In this document: positions 24,100-38,189 of the stretch, piece by piece
How the letters are laid out: every line of letters starts with the position of its first letter
Position numbering within the stretch: position 1 is the stretch's first letter
Assembly: GCA_013239625.1 (NCBI GenBank)
Contig: MU053652.1
Location: forward strand, 4,579,902 to 4,643,901
DNA length: 64,000 bases
Direction of reading: 5' to 3'
From: Lama guanicoe
Lineage: Eukaryota
Translations under genes and position numbers: made by a program
Notes under the pieces: model-generated
Databases searched by the model: none
What the model saw: only the letters and a program-made list of their open reading frames with translations
What the model was told of the DNA's origin: nothing

Positions 24100-24900
24100 T
24101 GGATCCTAGTCAGAGCCACCCGTGGAGAAAGCAGAGCTGGGCGGCAGAGTGGGGACCCGGATTGGGGCAGGGCGAGGAGAGAAGTTCTGGACGGCGCAGC
24201 CCCAGGCGGCGAACGGCTGGCGGCCCACGGGGCACGCAGCCCGGGGGCTGGGTGCGGGGAGCCGGGGAAGCCCACAGGTCAGCTCACCTCCAAGAGGAAG
24301 GGCCGGGAATGGCTCCCTCGATGTAATAGCCGGTAGTGCGGAGTCACAAAGAAAGTCAGACAACGAGCAGCGCGAGATGGCAACCCTGATGCGAAGACAA
24401 AACCGTAACCCGCAGCGAAACGCAACCCACACCGTGCACTTATAGTCGCGGCCCGCCCCAAGCCCGCGCACGCGCACTAGGGCCCGCACGCACGCACTTT
24501 GACGCCAAGATCCCGGCCCCGCCCCGCCCCGCCCCCAGGCGAGGGCGGACCGGGGTCCCCAGTGGTGCGCTAGCAGGAACAGTTGTTTGGGAAAATGCAG
24601 ACTGTGCGGCTCTGAGTCACTGAGGTCGGTGGTAGAAGCAGGCGTGTGTGTTAACTGCCTTTTCTTAAGGCAGGAAACTTTATTGCAGCAGGAAACGTTT
24701 GAAGGACCAGAAAGCTCATTCCTACCCTGCAGCCTCCAGCACCCCCATACCAAATCTGGAATACACACCTGAGGTGCCCCCAGTCCAAGGGCAGGGGAGT
24801 AAGTCTGGACGGCGGGGGATGAGGTCTTCACCGGAGACTTCAACAAAGCACAGATTGTCGGAGAAGGGCCTCAGACCGCCCCCCGCCCCGACTGTCAGTT
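24100..24900 (-). promoter_or_regulatory. HILPDA CpG-island promoter with TATA box, GC boxes and HRE cores
   Basis: TATAAG at 24444-24439; three GCGTG (RCGTG HIF core) at 24473-24469, 24491-24487 and 24495-24491; GGGCGG boxes at ~24452-24458 and ~24516-24535. Confidence 0.85.
24288..24415 (-). other. HILPDA: HILPDA non-coding exon 1 (5' end approximate)
   Basis: Donor GAG|GTGAGC at 24288/24287; lies in a CpG island ~25-30 nt downstream of TATAAG; contains no ATG. Confidence 0.75.
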
Positions 24901-25620
24901 TTCTCCATTCCGAGACTGAAAAGCTGACTTTGTCTCACTGCCCAGAGAGAGGTACCGGGATTCCAGATGCCACCCCCAACCTCCATTTCAAGTGCTGAGG
25001 TTTAACTTGCCATTGATACCTCTGGAATGGCGAGACATTTTTATATCATTAACTCTGCTTTCTATGGGAGTTTGTGAAACTAAGACAATGTGAAATCCTC
25101 ATCTGACTCTTGTGTCTTCGCCTAACTGCATGTGGACAAGTCACTTTGCACGCACTAGGTCTCAGTTTCCTCATCTAAAATGTGGCCGCTAAATGATTTT
25201 TGAGGATGCTTTGAGATTTAACCAAAGATCTAAGAGGTCACAGTCCAGCCTTATACCTGTATTTGGGGGCTGGGAAGCCTTACTAAGCACTAAGCACCAG
25301 CCCCCAAACCAAAGAAATGTTGATGTTCTGTCGCTAGAGCACCCAAAGGCGAGTCTCGGGAAACAGTGCTGGGGGGGCACTGGAACTGGGGGGGGCTCCT
25401 GGGGAGGAACGTCTACGCCGTAGAAGGAAGGCTGTCGGCGGTTTCACTGCCTTCCGAGAATGCAGAAGAGAGAGGGCCAAAGCTTGGGGGCCGGTGACTA
25501 AATCTAGCAGGTCTCCTGATCTGTAGGCCTGTCGGTTTCGCGAGCCTGGACTGGACAAATGACAATCCGGGAGCTCCGTGGCCTCTGCTGAACAAGCGGG
25601 GCGGAGCCAAATCCTGGTCG

Positions 25621-25638
25621 CGACCTTTCACCTACTTT
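25621..25638 (-). promoter_or_regulatory. PPAR response element (DR1) ~1.2 kb upstream of HILPDA
   Basis: The - strand reads AAAGT-AGGTGA-A-AGGTCG, a DR1 with the A-rich 5' extension typical of PPREs, inside a CpG-rich patch. HILPDA is an established PPAR target. Confidence 0.75.
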
Positions 25639-26305
25639 CTTGGCTCTCAGTCAGTCCTCGGAGGAGGAGTGGCTGGAAAGACTGGGAAAGGAGAAAGTTG
25701 GAAACTGGAACGTGCTGGGAGGCAGGCATTTTTTAGTTAACTTTTCTACTCAGCCCTCAGGAATTTTTGGTCCTTCGTTATACTAGAGTTTCGTCTGTTC
25801 GGTGACTCTTTTCTTGCACTGTTATTAAGGAGAGGCTCCAGCTCTGAAATCACACTATCAGGGGTCCCAAATGCCACCACTTGCTAGTTGGGGGCCTTGC
25901 GCAGGTCCTTTAACCTTCAGGTACTTTGGTTTCCTCAACTGTTATATGGGATAATAAGTCTTCACTTGGATATTAAGTGACTTAATCCACATAAAGCACC
26001 GAGAATAGTGCCTGGCGCAGAGAAAACACTCTGTAAATGTTAACATCATCTGTATCATCGACTACAAAACTCCCAGTGAGGGACTTTGCTCATAATAGCC
26101 CAAGTTCAGAGAGTGAATGCAGGAATTCCACAACAACCCTTTGGGCTCTGCGGATTGTGAGCTCTAAAATTGTATTTTCACACAGCTCGAGGGAAGAGAT
26201 GGGCACCTCTCCAACAATTCGCTCTTGCCCACATTCAGTGCCATTCTCTAAACTGCCATTCTCTAAGTAATTCACTGCCATTCTCTAAATAATGCATGTA
26301 AAGTA

Positions 26306-26390
26306 TGTGTCACATGGTAGATCATTACCAAATATTAGCTGTTGCTTTGTGTCACATAGTAGATTATTACCAAATATTAGCTGTTGCTTT
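26306..26390 (+). repeat. 42-bp tandem duplication
   Basis: TGTGTCACAT(G/A)GTAGAT(C/T)ATTACCAAATATTAGCTGTTGCTT occurs twice, with 2 mismatches. Confidence 0.9.
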
Positions 26391-27989
26391 TCTACAAAGT
26401 ATAAAAGCAGGTTCTTGTCCTAAAATAAGCTTGTGACCTGGTTGGGTAAACAAGACAAAAAAAAAAAAAAGCTAGCAACTCAAGGTTATGGTGAGGCAGT
26501 GGTTAGAAATTAGTCAGACCTCAATGTGAATCCTGCTCTGCAATTTGCTAGCTATTGTCCTTGGGCTCTGCTTGCCTCTGTTTCTTTATTGAAAAAATGG
26601 GAGTAATGATAGTTCTTATCTAATAAGATTATTGTGAATATTAAGTAAGAGAGGTAAAGTACTTAGTATAGATTAGGGCAAAATAAGTGGTGGTGATTCA
26701 TCTAATTAGCTTCTACAGTAGCCTGTAATAGATTTACTTCAGTACTTGGGAGCCCAGAAATGGGGGAAGAGAGAGAAGTGGGTGGCAGAGAAATATGAAG
26801 TCAGAACATGACTAAGGTGACAATGCTTTGCTTGGGGATCTGGAAACCTGTGACTAAATGGAACAGTGGAAAGAAAATAAGTGTTTACCCAGTAATTGAC
26901 GTGCTAAATGTTTTGCTGAATGCCTTAAGTTAATTCTCGTAACAACCTTGTGACGTAGGCATTATCTTACTTCTTTAGGTGTTAACCATGCTTTTTCCAC
27001 CAAAAGAAAAAGAGACTTCCCTTCAGCTAGTCTTTCACTCATCCTTCATATCTCAATTCAAACATGGTTCCTCCGGGAACACCTGCGCTGGCCCTCGGAC
27101 CCTTGCTGCAGGCTCCAGTAGCGTGATATCCATTTTGCTCACTATTTGCTTCCTTGTCTTTAGTTGTGTTATGTCTGCTTCCCCTCTAAAGCCTGAAATG
27201 TCAATGAAAGGAGTGTCTGCTTTGACTTTTGTTTTCATTCCATCTCAGCACCTAGCACCGCATTGTCGGCTTTCAATAAATATTTGTTGACTGAAAGGAT
27301 AAATGAACAAATGAGGATCTGACCTAGCATCTTCAGTGAATCCTCACTGTTCCACCAAGGAAGGGTGGATAGGGCTTCAAGACAAACCCTCTTCAGATTC
27401 TGCCTCCTCCTTCTTGGGAACTGCTAACCAAGGAAAGCTCCTTATGAGTTGTGTCCTTCTCCCCAAGCCCCCCAAAATCAGTGGTTCCATAGTTGGCCCA
27501 CACAGGAGTACATACTAAGAATACATGTGCTTCACAGACTTAATCTTATGATCCTGGGTCCATTTAAAGAACATGTCCCCACATTGCTGGTACCCTCTCT
27601 GTGGAAATCAATATGCCAATATCTATAAAAATAAAAGCATACCATGCCCTTTGACCTCGAATTCCACTTCTGAAGAATGATCATTACAGACAAACTCCTG
27701 CCTACAAAGAATGGAATGTAAGAGGCACTCATTGCAACAATGTTTGTAACAGCAAAAGATTGAGGGGAAAAAAAAAAACAGAGCAGCCTATGAGTAGGAG
27801 ACTGGTTAAGTTAGTGACCAATAGCAGGATTGCACGTTCATACAATGGGCTACCACAGAGCCAGCAAAAGAGAATAAGTAGTTTTGCACATAGTGGCATG
27901 ATCTCCACAATATTAAGTAGAAAAAGCAAGTGTATAGTGTGTGTACAGTATGCCACAGCTTGTGTTAAAACAAACCCACAAGATAGGAT

Positions 27990-28750
27990 GTACAAAATGA
28001 GATAGCACCTCCTACCCACTAGGATGGCTAAATATATATAAATATATATATATGGAAAATAAAGTGACAACTGTTGATGAGGAAGTGGAGAAAACAGAAC
28101 CCAAAAACATTGTTCTTGGGAATGTAAAACTGTGCAGCTGCTATTTGACAGTTTAACAGTTCCTCAAAAAGTTAAATTTAGAGTTATCATATGACCCAAC
28201 AACTCCACTGCTAAGTATATATTCAAGTGAACTGAAGACATGGGGTCACACAAAAACTTGTACACAAATGTTCATAGGAACATTACTCGTAATAGCTAAA
28301 AAAGTAGAAACAGCGCAAAGGCACATCAACTGATGAATGGGTAAAAAAAAATGTGGTGCAATGGAATATTATTTAGAAGTAAAAATGAAGTATTAATACA
28401 TGCCACAACATGGATGAACCTTGAAAATGTTATGCTACATGAAGAAGTCAGACACAAAAGGACATGTAGTGTATGATTCCATTTATATGAAATGTCCAGA
28501 ACAGTCAAATCCACAGAGACAGAAAGTAGGTTAGTGTTTGCCCTGGCCTGGAGGGAGAGGGGAATTGGGAGTGACAGCTTCTGGAGATGATGAAAAATGT
28601 TCTAAAATTAGACCATAGTGAAAAGCAATTTTTTGAATAAAATAAAATTAGACCATAGTGATGGTTGCACAACTCTGTAAACCACTGAACTGGACACTTT
28701 AAGAGGCTGAATTTTGGTATGTGAATCATATCTGAATAATAGCTGTTATT
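27990..28750 (+). mobile_element. old L1M ORF2 end / 3' UTR fragment
   Basis: aatgagatagcacct...ttcctcaaaaagttaaa...atgaaccttgaaaatgttatgcta...gtatgattccatttatatgaaatgtccagaa. Confidence 0.85.
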
Positions 28751-30201
28751 CATCAAAAAGGAGGGCAAGTTGAAGACATCTTCAGATAATAAACAAAAAC
28801 ATTGTTAATCATTACAGACCCTTACTAAAGAAACTTTTGAAGCATGTCCCTAAAAACTGAACCTAGAGGGAAACAGTGAGATGAAAGAAGAAATGGTGAG
28901 TAAACAATCAGAAAACATATGAATGAATCTAAACAAATCATGACTACTTAAAATCATTTTAAATAATAATGATCAGTTTGGCAAAGTAAAAATGACAAGA
29001 GGAACTAAAAAAATGGTAAAAGTTTCAGATGGGAGCAGTGAGCAGAGAAAGTTGTTACTTCTTATTTGGGAGGAAAGTAGATGTTGATTCGTTTTAGACA
29101 TCTGAAGTCTTTATTAAAATGTTAAGGGTAGTTCTTCCTCATCCTTCACTTCCTGAACAGTTCAGTCTTCAAGCCACTGGGTAGAACAAAGCCAGTGTCT
29201 GCTGTGAAGAGGAGGACCAGCAGCCCAGGGGGGAATGTCTCTTTTATTCTCTGCTGTATCCTCAGTTCTGAAACATGATTCAATAAGTATCTGGCGAATG
29301 TATGGGTGCATGAATGAATGGCTTACTCTCTTATCTTCCTTCTAAATCCTGATCAAGTGTCATTTCTCAAGGAGGCCTTCCTAATCATTAAATACAAAAC
29401 AACACCCCCACCCTCTCCATCTCCCTTACTCTGCTTCATTTCGTCTTCATAGACATCAACACCAGACAAGGACTTGGACTATTTCGTCAATTGCCATATA
29501 CCTAAACTCAAAGCAGTACCTGGCATCTCATTGGTGCTAAACAGATATTTATTGAATGAATAAATAATAATTTTTGTATATCTGAGTTCTTTTTTTTTAA
29601 GGAGCAGCTGCTCAATGATTGGTTCTATTCATTTGTATTTGTTGTGCAACAACATTTTAACAGTGATCATTTCTGGGTGACACAGTTACGAGCTCCTTTT
29701 TTCTCCACCCCACCCCACCCAATTTTCTCCCATTTGCATCTGTTGCTTTTACAACTAAAGAAAAAAGTTAAAATTTACTAACACTTTGTAAATTAATTGC
29801 TTGTACAACATTGTGACAACAACACATAGGCAGTGAGGAAAAACAGGCAAGGGAATTTGGGTGGGGAAATTGGGTCAGGAGCAGCGGCCACTGCGGGAGG
29901 TGGGAGGGAGAGGAGTGGGAGGGCTATGACAGCAAGGTGCCCATGGAAGATAAAGCCATTCCCAAAGACGGGCAAAGGGCACCCAAGGCCAACAGTGGCT
30001 TCTTCACCCCTGCCTCAGCCGGGAGTCTCAATTCTGAGTCTGGTTCTAGCACTAAATAGCCACCGACTGGGATAAGTCAATTCTCCAGGCCTTAGTTTCC
30101 TCTTCTGTGAAACGCAGGGCTGGAAGATATGCAATATCTCCACGCTACCTCAGAAGTTCGTTGTTCCAGAACCTACACTTAGAGGCTGCAGCATGGATAG
30201 A

Positions 30202-30238
<37 letters not shown>
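30202..30238 (+). repeat. compound (TG)n(AG)n microsatellite
   Basis: Read directly from the sequence. Confidence 0.95.
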
Positions 30239-30730
30239 TCCTGAAGGCACACTAGAGCTCTGTCCCCAATACCTATTTGGGAAATGCTGAATGAACCATG
30301 CAGAGAAGAAAAAACAGTGTTTAAAATTATGTGGGCCATGTAAGTTAACCACAGAAATTTTATAGAGAGAGAGAGACTGGTAAGATATACTCTTAAATAC
30401 TAACATTACCATTATTTTTCACCAGGCTGGCCCTCTTATCCATCAGTCACAACAGGCATAGTACCTGGGGCCTATAGACTTTATAATGACTCAAAAATAT
30501 TTCAGACATGGAAAACACAATATATTGGCTTCAAAATTTTTAAAAAGGCAAAGTTAAAACAAATAAACATTTAATCAAAATTCTCCAACATATGACATTT
30601 TGTCAACTATACAATTTCAACTCAACTTAATAACTATAAATGTGGGAAGTGGGTGTTTTTTAATGTGATGGGGGCATCCTGTAATAAGCATGTTTAAGGC
30701 CTGTGTTAAGTTCACAAAGTGGGTGGGTGG

Positions 30731-30809
30731 AGGGTAATTACTCAGTTGTAGAGCACATGCTTAGCATGCATGAGGACCTGGGTTCTATCACACAAAATAA
30801 ATAAAAAAT
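30731..30809 (+). mobile_element. short vic-1-type SINE
   Basis: Head motif and A tail; TSD AAAGTGGGTGGGTGG at 30716-30730 and 30810-30824. Confidence 0.85.
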
Positions 30810-33800
30810 AAAGTGGGTGGGTGGTGGATTATGGATTCATTTTATAGTTTCTTCTATTCACCAGTTTTCTACTATAAGCCTATTTGGTAAGAAGAGGAAA
30901 AACTTCAATGAATATTTTGAAAAAGCCTGTTAGTGAAAAAGCTTAGGAAAGATTTGGGGTGAAGAAACATAGTTTCCTTGTGGACTGTCTAGTCCTCTGT
31001 CTTCTGCATATGATAAGAATCAAACAGGAAACTCACTCAAAACATGTATTTAAGAGCATTTTCTCTTTCTGTGCTATTTATCAAGTTATGTCCATCCAAC
31101 AGTTTAGGATAAATCTCTGTTGATACTCTCTGCTCTCTCCTTCTTTCATGGAATCACAAAATTATTAAATGTTAAGACCTGGAGGAAGTCTTCCTTCCTG
31201 TCCTCTTGTCTTGGAGATCAGGGTGGGCTCTCTGAGAATAGTGAAGCCCAGGCCAGCTGTGACCAAGCCAGGCGTGGAGTGAGCTTTGTGCTGCCTGGCA
31301 AGTGACTGCAGGAGCTTCCAGAGAAGGCAGGTGTCTTGTCGCCTTCCTAGGGAGGTGGCAGTTGGGGTAGAGACCTTGGGAGGCAAAGGGGTGGCTACAC
31401 ACACCCGCCCATATTGACATATATATACACACACAGGCACATTGTCCCTCTTCTTGGCTGGCTAGCACTTTTCCCCCAGATGTAGATGTCCAGACATTTC
31501 TACTGCCAGCCAGCTACCTCCACGGCTCTGCTTCAAGTCAGACAGTGGAGGGCAGGGGGGCTGCCCTGAGGCCTCTTATCCAAGCCAGGAAGGGCAGAAG
31601 CTGCTTCTGGGAAAGACTGTCCAATCAGAATACTCTCTTATCTTCCCCTCAACTGTGATGGCTCAGTCGCTGCTGAGCCCTGTCCCCACAGAACAGAACC
31701 ATTCACGTGACGAATCCTGAAAGGCAGCTAAAATTACTCAGTATCTCAGGCTCCCAGTTCTCTCCTTTGGCCCTGGAAACCTCCCCAGTCCCCCAATGCT
31801 GGTTCTTTTGCATATTCAACTATCCCTTCCTGATGTCAGAGCGGTCAGCATTTGTGCTTCCTAATTAGTAAGTATGCTCTATCTAGAGAAACTCTTGTAG
31901 CTGTTCTTAAAAATTATCACACACATTTTACTTATTTATCTCCACTGTTAGATTGTAATCACTTTGAAAGAAAGAGTTATTTTAAGACTTAAAGATATAA
32001 CATCTGTTTAGTCTATGGCTTATACAAACCAGATGCTCTGCAGTTATCTGTTGATCAGTATCGTATCACTCACAAGCACCCTGAACTCACTGAACCCTTT
32101 AGCTGGACTGAAATTGTAGCCTCTCTGCCCATCCCACCCGCGTCAGTAAACTCCTACTCAGGATGTCCAGCTCAGAGCAATGCGCAAATCTCTTTCTTTC
32201 TCAGCGTCAGGATCTTCACCAATAAAACAAATGGGCTGAGCTCTATGTTCCTTTCAGCTGATTAGATTCTATAACTCAGTGCTTCTATGAGGTGCTGGCA
32301 GCCTCCCATCCTCAGGCTTCTGGAATGAATTCATAGTTGTCTCCTGCCTCTTCTCTCTCTGCTAAACAGGGAAATGTCAAGGAGAAAGAAGAGAGGACAA
32401 TAAAGGACACAAGGATCTTTGGGACTTGCTCAAAATGGGGGCTACCCAAAAGAATGAGCTTGGTGTGTAGCAGGAAGTAGCCCAGTGGGATCTGAGGGAC
32501 CAGGACAGGTGTGTGCACCTTGGGGCGGATGTGGTAGCTCCGAACCTGTCAATGTTCTCATTGTCGATGTGACTTCTGGTGCCCCAGTGTATCTGAGTGT
32601 GTGGCTGTCACAGCCTCCTGGTGCAGGTCACTTAGTCAAGGGGCATGTGACTGTTGCTGTTTTGGTGTAGATACTATGTGCTGGGCTCATCACTGCAGGA
32701 AGTTCAGGTTCTTTAGCTGGATTAATGAATCACCTAATAAACAGCAGACAAGGACTGTCTGTAGCTCCCTTAATTCTTCCAAGCCAGGAAAGGAGGGCAG
32801 TCCTGCCATGCCCCCAGAGGCCAGCCCGCCTGAGCAGCCCCTTCCCACAAAGGGCATGCACTGCGGAAGTCACCCTTATCTCCTAAGGGTGAGGTCTCAA
32901 TTATGAGGTCCCTAATGGGAAAGGCATAAAGTCAAAGTCATTTGAGGAACTGAGAGACAGGACGAGGGCCTGGAAGTAAGCTCAGTAACCACCCCTGCAG
33001 TTGCTAAGCCCCTGAGTCACATCACCTCACCTGATTTCTCACAAGGAAAAGGCATTTTCACATGCCAGGTACGTTGCTGCTATTATCAAGGCCCAGGTTT
33101 CAAATTACCCTGCTCCCAAGGCTGGGTTCCCCTGACCTGTCAGGACAGGACAGAGCTGGCCCTGCTCCTCCCCGAGCACTTTCTCCAAGACTGTTGTCCA
33201 CCTGCTACAGTTGGATTTCCTGCCCAGAGGGTGAGCTCACCTTCCAACCCCTTTGCTATAAAGCCACATTCCTACTTCCAAACACCTCTGATTTCCTGGC
33301 TGTTTTCCTCAACTTGGAACATCTGATCACCCTGTCAGGACACGCGGCAATCCCTTTCTTATCTTCTTGCCTGTCTGAAAAGATCTAACCAGCTCCCCTG
33401 CAAAACTCCTTGCATTCTCTGATTAATTCCCTCTTCTCACATTCCTGAGGTCCACTTATCCTCATATGGTCCCTAATGTTCTTTTGCAAAGTTAATGTGC
33501 TAAGTAAGTTCCAGGAGAGGCATGTCTCCAGTAGATCTGAGTCAACCATTCATCCCTTCATCCAGCATTTACCTGGCATTGTCATTTTTCTAGTAAAGAT
33601 TTCATAGTTTTCACATCAGTTTTCCAAGTTCTTGATATATTAAGGAGTTGAGCCCTTTCTCACTGTATTTATGAAAATACTTCCCCATCTATTTGCTTTT
33701 AATTTTGTTTATGATTAGTTGCCTCTTTTTTATATTCACTTATTCATTAAATATCACTACAAATACACCCTGGGGGAAGCAGTTTGGAGGCGAAACTACT

Positions 33801-33966
33801 TGTCTTTAGGACTCTTCCTCCTTCCTATCCCCAATTATTCAACTTACAGGTCTAGAAGCTTTGTGGTATAGTCATACTTTTAGTTGATAAGGCTCTGGTT
33901 TTCTTTAAGGTTTGTCACTTAAATTTATATACAGCTACTTTTATCATTAATAGAGAAGGAAAAATT

Positions 33967-34652
33967 TGTCGGAGCCAGCCGACAATCGATCAGGTCCAGA
34001 AATCTGTGCTGCAGGACTGAGAAAAGAAAGACAAGACTAAAAGGAAGACAAGACTAAAAGGTGGGGGAGAGGGTCTCACTCTAGCCCGCAAGACGCTAGG
34101 TCAAGAGTGGACCTCGTGTTTATTTCCAGCAGTTAATTTATATGCTTTTAACCCATAGGCAACAGTATCGTAGGTAACGGTATTGTTTTTATGATCTCTT
34201 AACAATGTGTACTAAAATCAGTAACTTGTGCATAGTTACACACATCATTATTGTTTATATTTCTCATCAATCAAGACTAACCGTTCCCCAAGAGCTAACA
34301 TCATTGATTACTGTTATTGTTCCTCTAGGCTAACATCGTGATTTGTGTATTGGTAACTCAGGTGATTGTCACTAAGATCACTAACTTATGTAACTTGTGT
34401 ATTGGTAACTCAGGTGATTGTTACTAAGATCACTAACTTGTGTGACCTGTATCTCTCTTTCCAGAAGCCCCTGTTCTTAATAACTCAATGGCATCAAGAT
34501 GTTTTTCNNNNNNNNNNNNNNNNNNTTTCTAACAATGGCGGGACAGAGATTGTCTTTGCTCAATCAGCCTTAGAGCCTGACGCCCCGCACTCTGGGAGTT
34601 TAGGCCCAGTTTCTGTGCTCGGCAGCCCTCAGGTCATGAGTGGCCCCCCGCA
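33967..34652 (-). mobile_element. young solo LTR, ERV2/betaretrovirus-like
   Basis: TG...CA ends; perfect 6-bp TSD AAAATT at 33961-33966 and 34653-34658; TATA and AATAAA on the - strand at ~34118-34144; internal 52-bp tandem repeat. Confidence 0.82.
34508..34525. other. assembly gap (18 N)
   Basis: Run of N inside the LTR. Confidence 0.99.
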
Positions 34653-36485
34653 AAAATTAACTTAGAATATAGAATATGTAGTTATGATAACGCAATATTA
34701 ATAAAACACATGAAATTGACATGTAAATGTTTATTCATTGACTTCCATTTATTAAATCACAGTGAGAAATAAACCTGCCAGGCCTTATACTGAATGGCCA
34801 GCAAGTGCTTTCTTTCCTCTGTACAAAAGTCCACTTGGGGACCCAAACATGACAGAAGGTGGCTCGGGGCAGGAGAATCAGAGGCGAGACAGCTGGCTGG
34901 GCCACCTCAGAGGTGAGCATCACGAAGCTCCAGCAGCCTGCTGTCCTCACTGTCCCTCCACAAGGAGACACAATGGGACCGGGTTTCTCATGTTGGTGTT
35001 TTAGGGTTAAGAGCAGTGGCTTCCAGGACAATTGAACTGAGTCAAAGCTCAGCTCCACTACTCAGTGACCTTAGACAAGCTCCTTAAGCTTTCTGAAGCT
35101 GAGTTTTCTCATCAGTTTTCTCTCAGTGAGAACGATCATGCCTACCCACATAAGACTGTTTTGAAGATTAACTGAAATTATGTCAGCAGGGCATTTGGTA
35201 CAGTGTTTGGCACTGAAATGTTCAAACAATGTTAGTTACATTTTGTTATTATTATCCTTATGTTATGTGTCAGAGGCTGTACTGGTACGTGTACAGGTGC
35301 TGGGGGTGCAGTAAAGAACAAGACAGGGTCTCTGCTCCACTCCATCCCCAGGGATCTAAAACCCTGATTCAATTTCCCACCACCACACTTGATCAAGTTA
35401 GACTGTGTTTTCCAGCACCAAACTCAAATAGCCTTAATTACACATGTGGCTTTGTATCCCTTTCTTCATTGCCTTGTTGAGAAAAATCACTTTAAATCAA
35501 GTAAAATCTTAGACTAGAAGTTCTTTCAGGGAAAACATTTAATTTATTTCTTGTTCCACTGAGAAGCATGACAATTCATGTTTGGAAAGTGAATAAATTG
35601 TAATCATCCTTTGTATGTGCAGAGGGCTGTCAGTTGTCAAAGCACTTTCATACTTATTTCATACTGGACGATAACCAGGTGAGTTAGAGAAAAAGATGAT
35701 GTTTTAAAAAATCATGATAGAGAAATGTCAATAAAATAACCTTAGAAGTCGCAGTGCCTAGAAGAGTCTATAAAACCAGAATTCAATTAGAAATCACTTT
35801 TGCTTGTTTTTATTCTGGGGGATTTAGGGTCATACACAAAAGTAGACAGAAGAGCAGAGTAAGTGCCATGTATCCAGCACTCAGCCGCCAACAACCCTTA
35901 ACCCATGGACAATCCTGACCTACTCCCACACCCACACTCTTTAAAATTAATTCTCCTTTTATAGATCATTTAGAATGCTTATACTTTTTACTGTTATAAA
36001 CGAAGTTGCAATGAATATCTTTATACTTACATCTTTGCACACTTATCCACTTATTTCCTTAAGAATAACTCCTTGTTACATACTGTCAAATAGCCCTTCC
36101 GTTCGCACTGTATGAAAGTGCCGTGTTCTGATAGTCCATGCACATGGAATCCAAGTAGTATCACATCAATTTACAAGTGAGGAAATGGAGTCGGGGACCA
36201 GAATCCTTTCTGAGATGAGTAGGGCTGTTATCTAAATAGTGGGTTGAGGCCACCTAGCTTAAAGAGTCAGGTACAAGCAGGGCCAGGGCTGAGGCTGAGT
36301 CTGGCTGCACTGTGTTCTGCCATTTTTGCCCGATTCACAACCTTTCCTGGTGGTATGTGTGTGTGGTAGGGGAACACCCAGGGCAGAAACTGAGACAGTG
36401 AGTCAGAACTTCCAGCAAGTCACTGTCAGTCCTCCAGAGATTCTGGGTAAATGTAATTCTAGTAACTGCAGAAAGTAAATTAGGA

Positions 36486-36902
36486 CGGTGTGGGTTGAAT
36501 TGTGTTGCTCTAAAATATATGCTGGTTACAACCTTGGGAACCTGTGAATGTAACCTCATTTGGAAATGGAGTATTTGAAGATGTAATCAGGTTAAGATGA
36601 GGTCATACTGGAGTAGGGTACGCCCTACCCTAAAAAGAAGAGGAAAATTTGGACACAGACAGAGGGAAGATGGCCATATGAAGATGGAGGCAGAGATCAG
36701 AGTTATGCTGCCATAAGTTAAGGAAAGCACGGGGCTACCAGAAGCCGAAAGAGGCACAGAAGGATTCTCCCCTAGAGCCTTCAGAGAGAGTGTGGCCTTG
36801 CTGACACTTTTGGCCTCCAGATCTGTGAGCAAATACATTTCTGTTGTTTTAAGTCACCCAGTTTATGGTACTTAGTTATGGCAGCCCTAGGACACTAATG
36901 TA
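36486..36902 (+). mobile_element. MLT1B/C-type MaLR solo LTR
   Basis: gggttgaattgtgt...cctgtgaatgtaacctcatttggaaat...gttaagatgaggtcatactggagtagggt...tttctgttgttttaagtcacccagtttatggta...ggcagccctagga. Confidence 0.85.
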
Positions 36903-38189
36903 GATGAAGTCAGGTGGGGTCCAGAAAAGGGATGAAATGGATTCCAAGAATTGACATCATTTACACATTTGCAGGAGTGTGTCAGCTTAACTCATTTTAG
37001 GACACCAGAAATCTATGTTGAGTCCTGGGGAACGGGGTGAGAACAAAGCATGGGGGTAGAGGGAGGTGGATAGCGCTGCTGGACACTCAGCTTCTAGGGG
37101 CTGAGGATATCAGGGTGAGACCCGAGGGGAGCTGGGAGCTGAGGTCCAGAGGAAGGAAGACACAGGCCTTGAAAGGGAAGTTTCCCATCAGTATTACCTG
37201 AGGAATAACTTTAGGGACAGGGCACACTTCTGGATCCCACCCAATGCAGAGGGTCCCACTCTTCTCACACCAAAGACTCCTTTAATGAGCCTTCATCCAT
37301 GAATCCACATTTTGATTTTGTCTCAGAAAAAATTGCCAATTAGATATTCTGATTAACAAGTGAGAACTAACAATTATTTATGCATTCTCTTCAACATATC
37401 CTATATGCCAAGTTTGTGCTACTAGGTGAAATGCATTCTAGGTTCTTAAATAGCCTAAATTTAAATAATTCTAGTCAAAATTAAATCACTTGACATTTCT
37501 GTTAGCATAGGAACCCTAATGAGAGGAAGTGAATAGGTTATATCAGCATTTTTGAAATATTAAAAATAGTCCTGGGGGAAAGAAAAGAAATAGCCCTAGG
37601 GATATTTTTAGTATAGATAAGACTGATTTCCTAATTCTGAAGGGTAAACAGAGTGTGTTTTTGTTGTTGTTCTGTTTTGTTTTCCAACCATGTGAGCCCT
37701 ATGCAAAGATCACAGACCCTATAATACAAATAAAATAAAAGCAAGATTTAATGCCACTTCCCATAGACCTTCAGACCCAGAGGCGATAACAAAACAACAA
37801 AAAAGCGGATAACAGGTGTTGACAAGGATGTGGAGAAATTGGAACCTTCATAAACCACTGGTGGGAATATAAATGATCTGGCTGCTTTGGAAAAAGAAGT
37901 TTGCTAGTTCCTCAAAAGATTAAACACAGAGTTGCTATATGACCTAGCAATTGTACACCTTAAACATGGTGAATTTTATTGTATGTGAATTGTACCTCAA
38001 CAATAAAGAAGAGTTTCAACCCATCTCTATGCTCCATCCACCCCATCTCCAAAGGCAACTACTTTTAACAGTCTTTGGTACATTCTTCCAAAGAAAGCTA
38101 TACACTATAGATGTATAAATATCTATACATATAGATGTATAGGTACGTAGATTTTGGGGGTGCAACTTAAAAATTCTATGGAAAGAAAT

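Noticed and set aside
24106..24846. 246-aa ORF over the HILPDA promoter
   Set aside because: It lies in a GC-rich island where stops are rare, crosses the TATA box and splice donor, and shows no recognisable homology.
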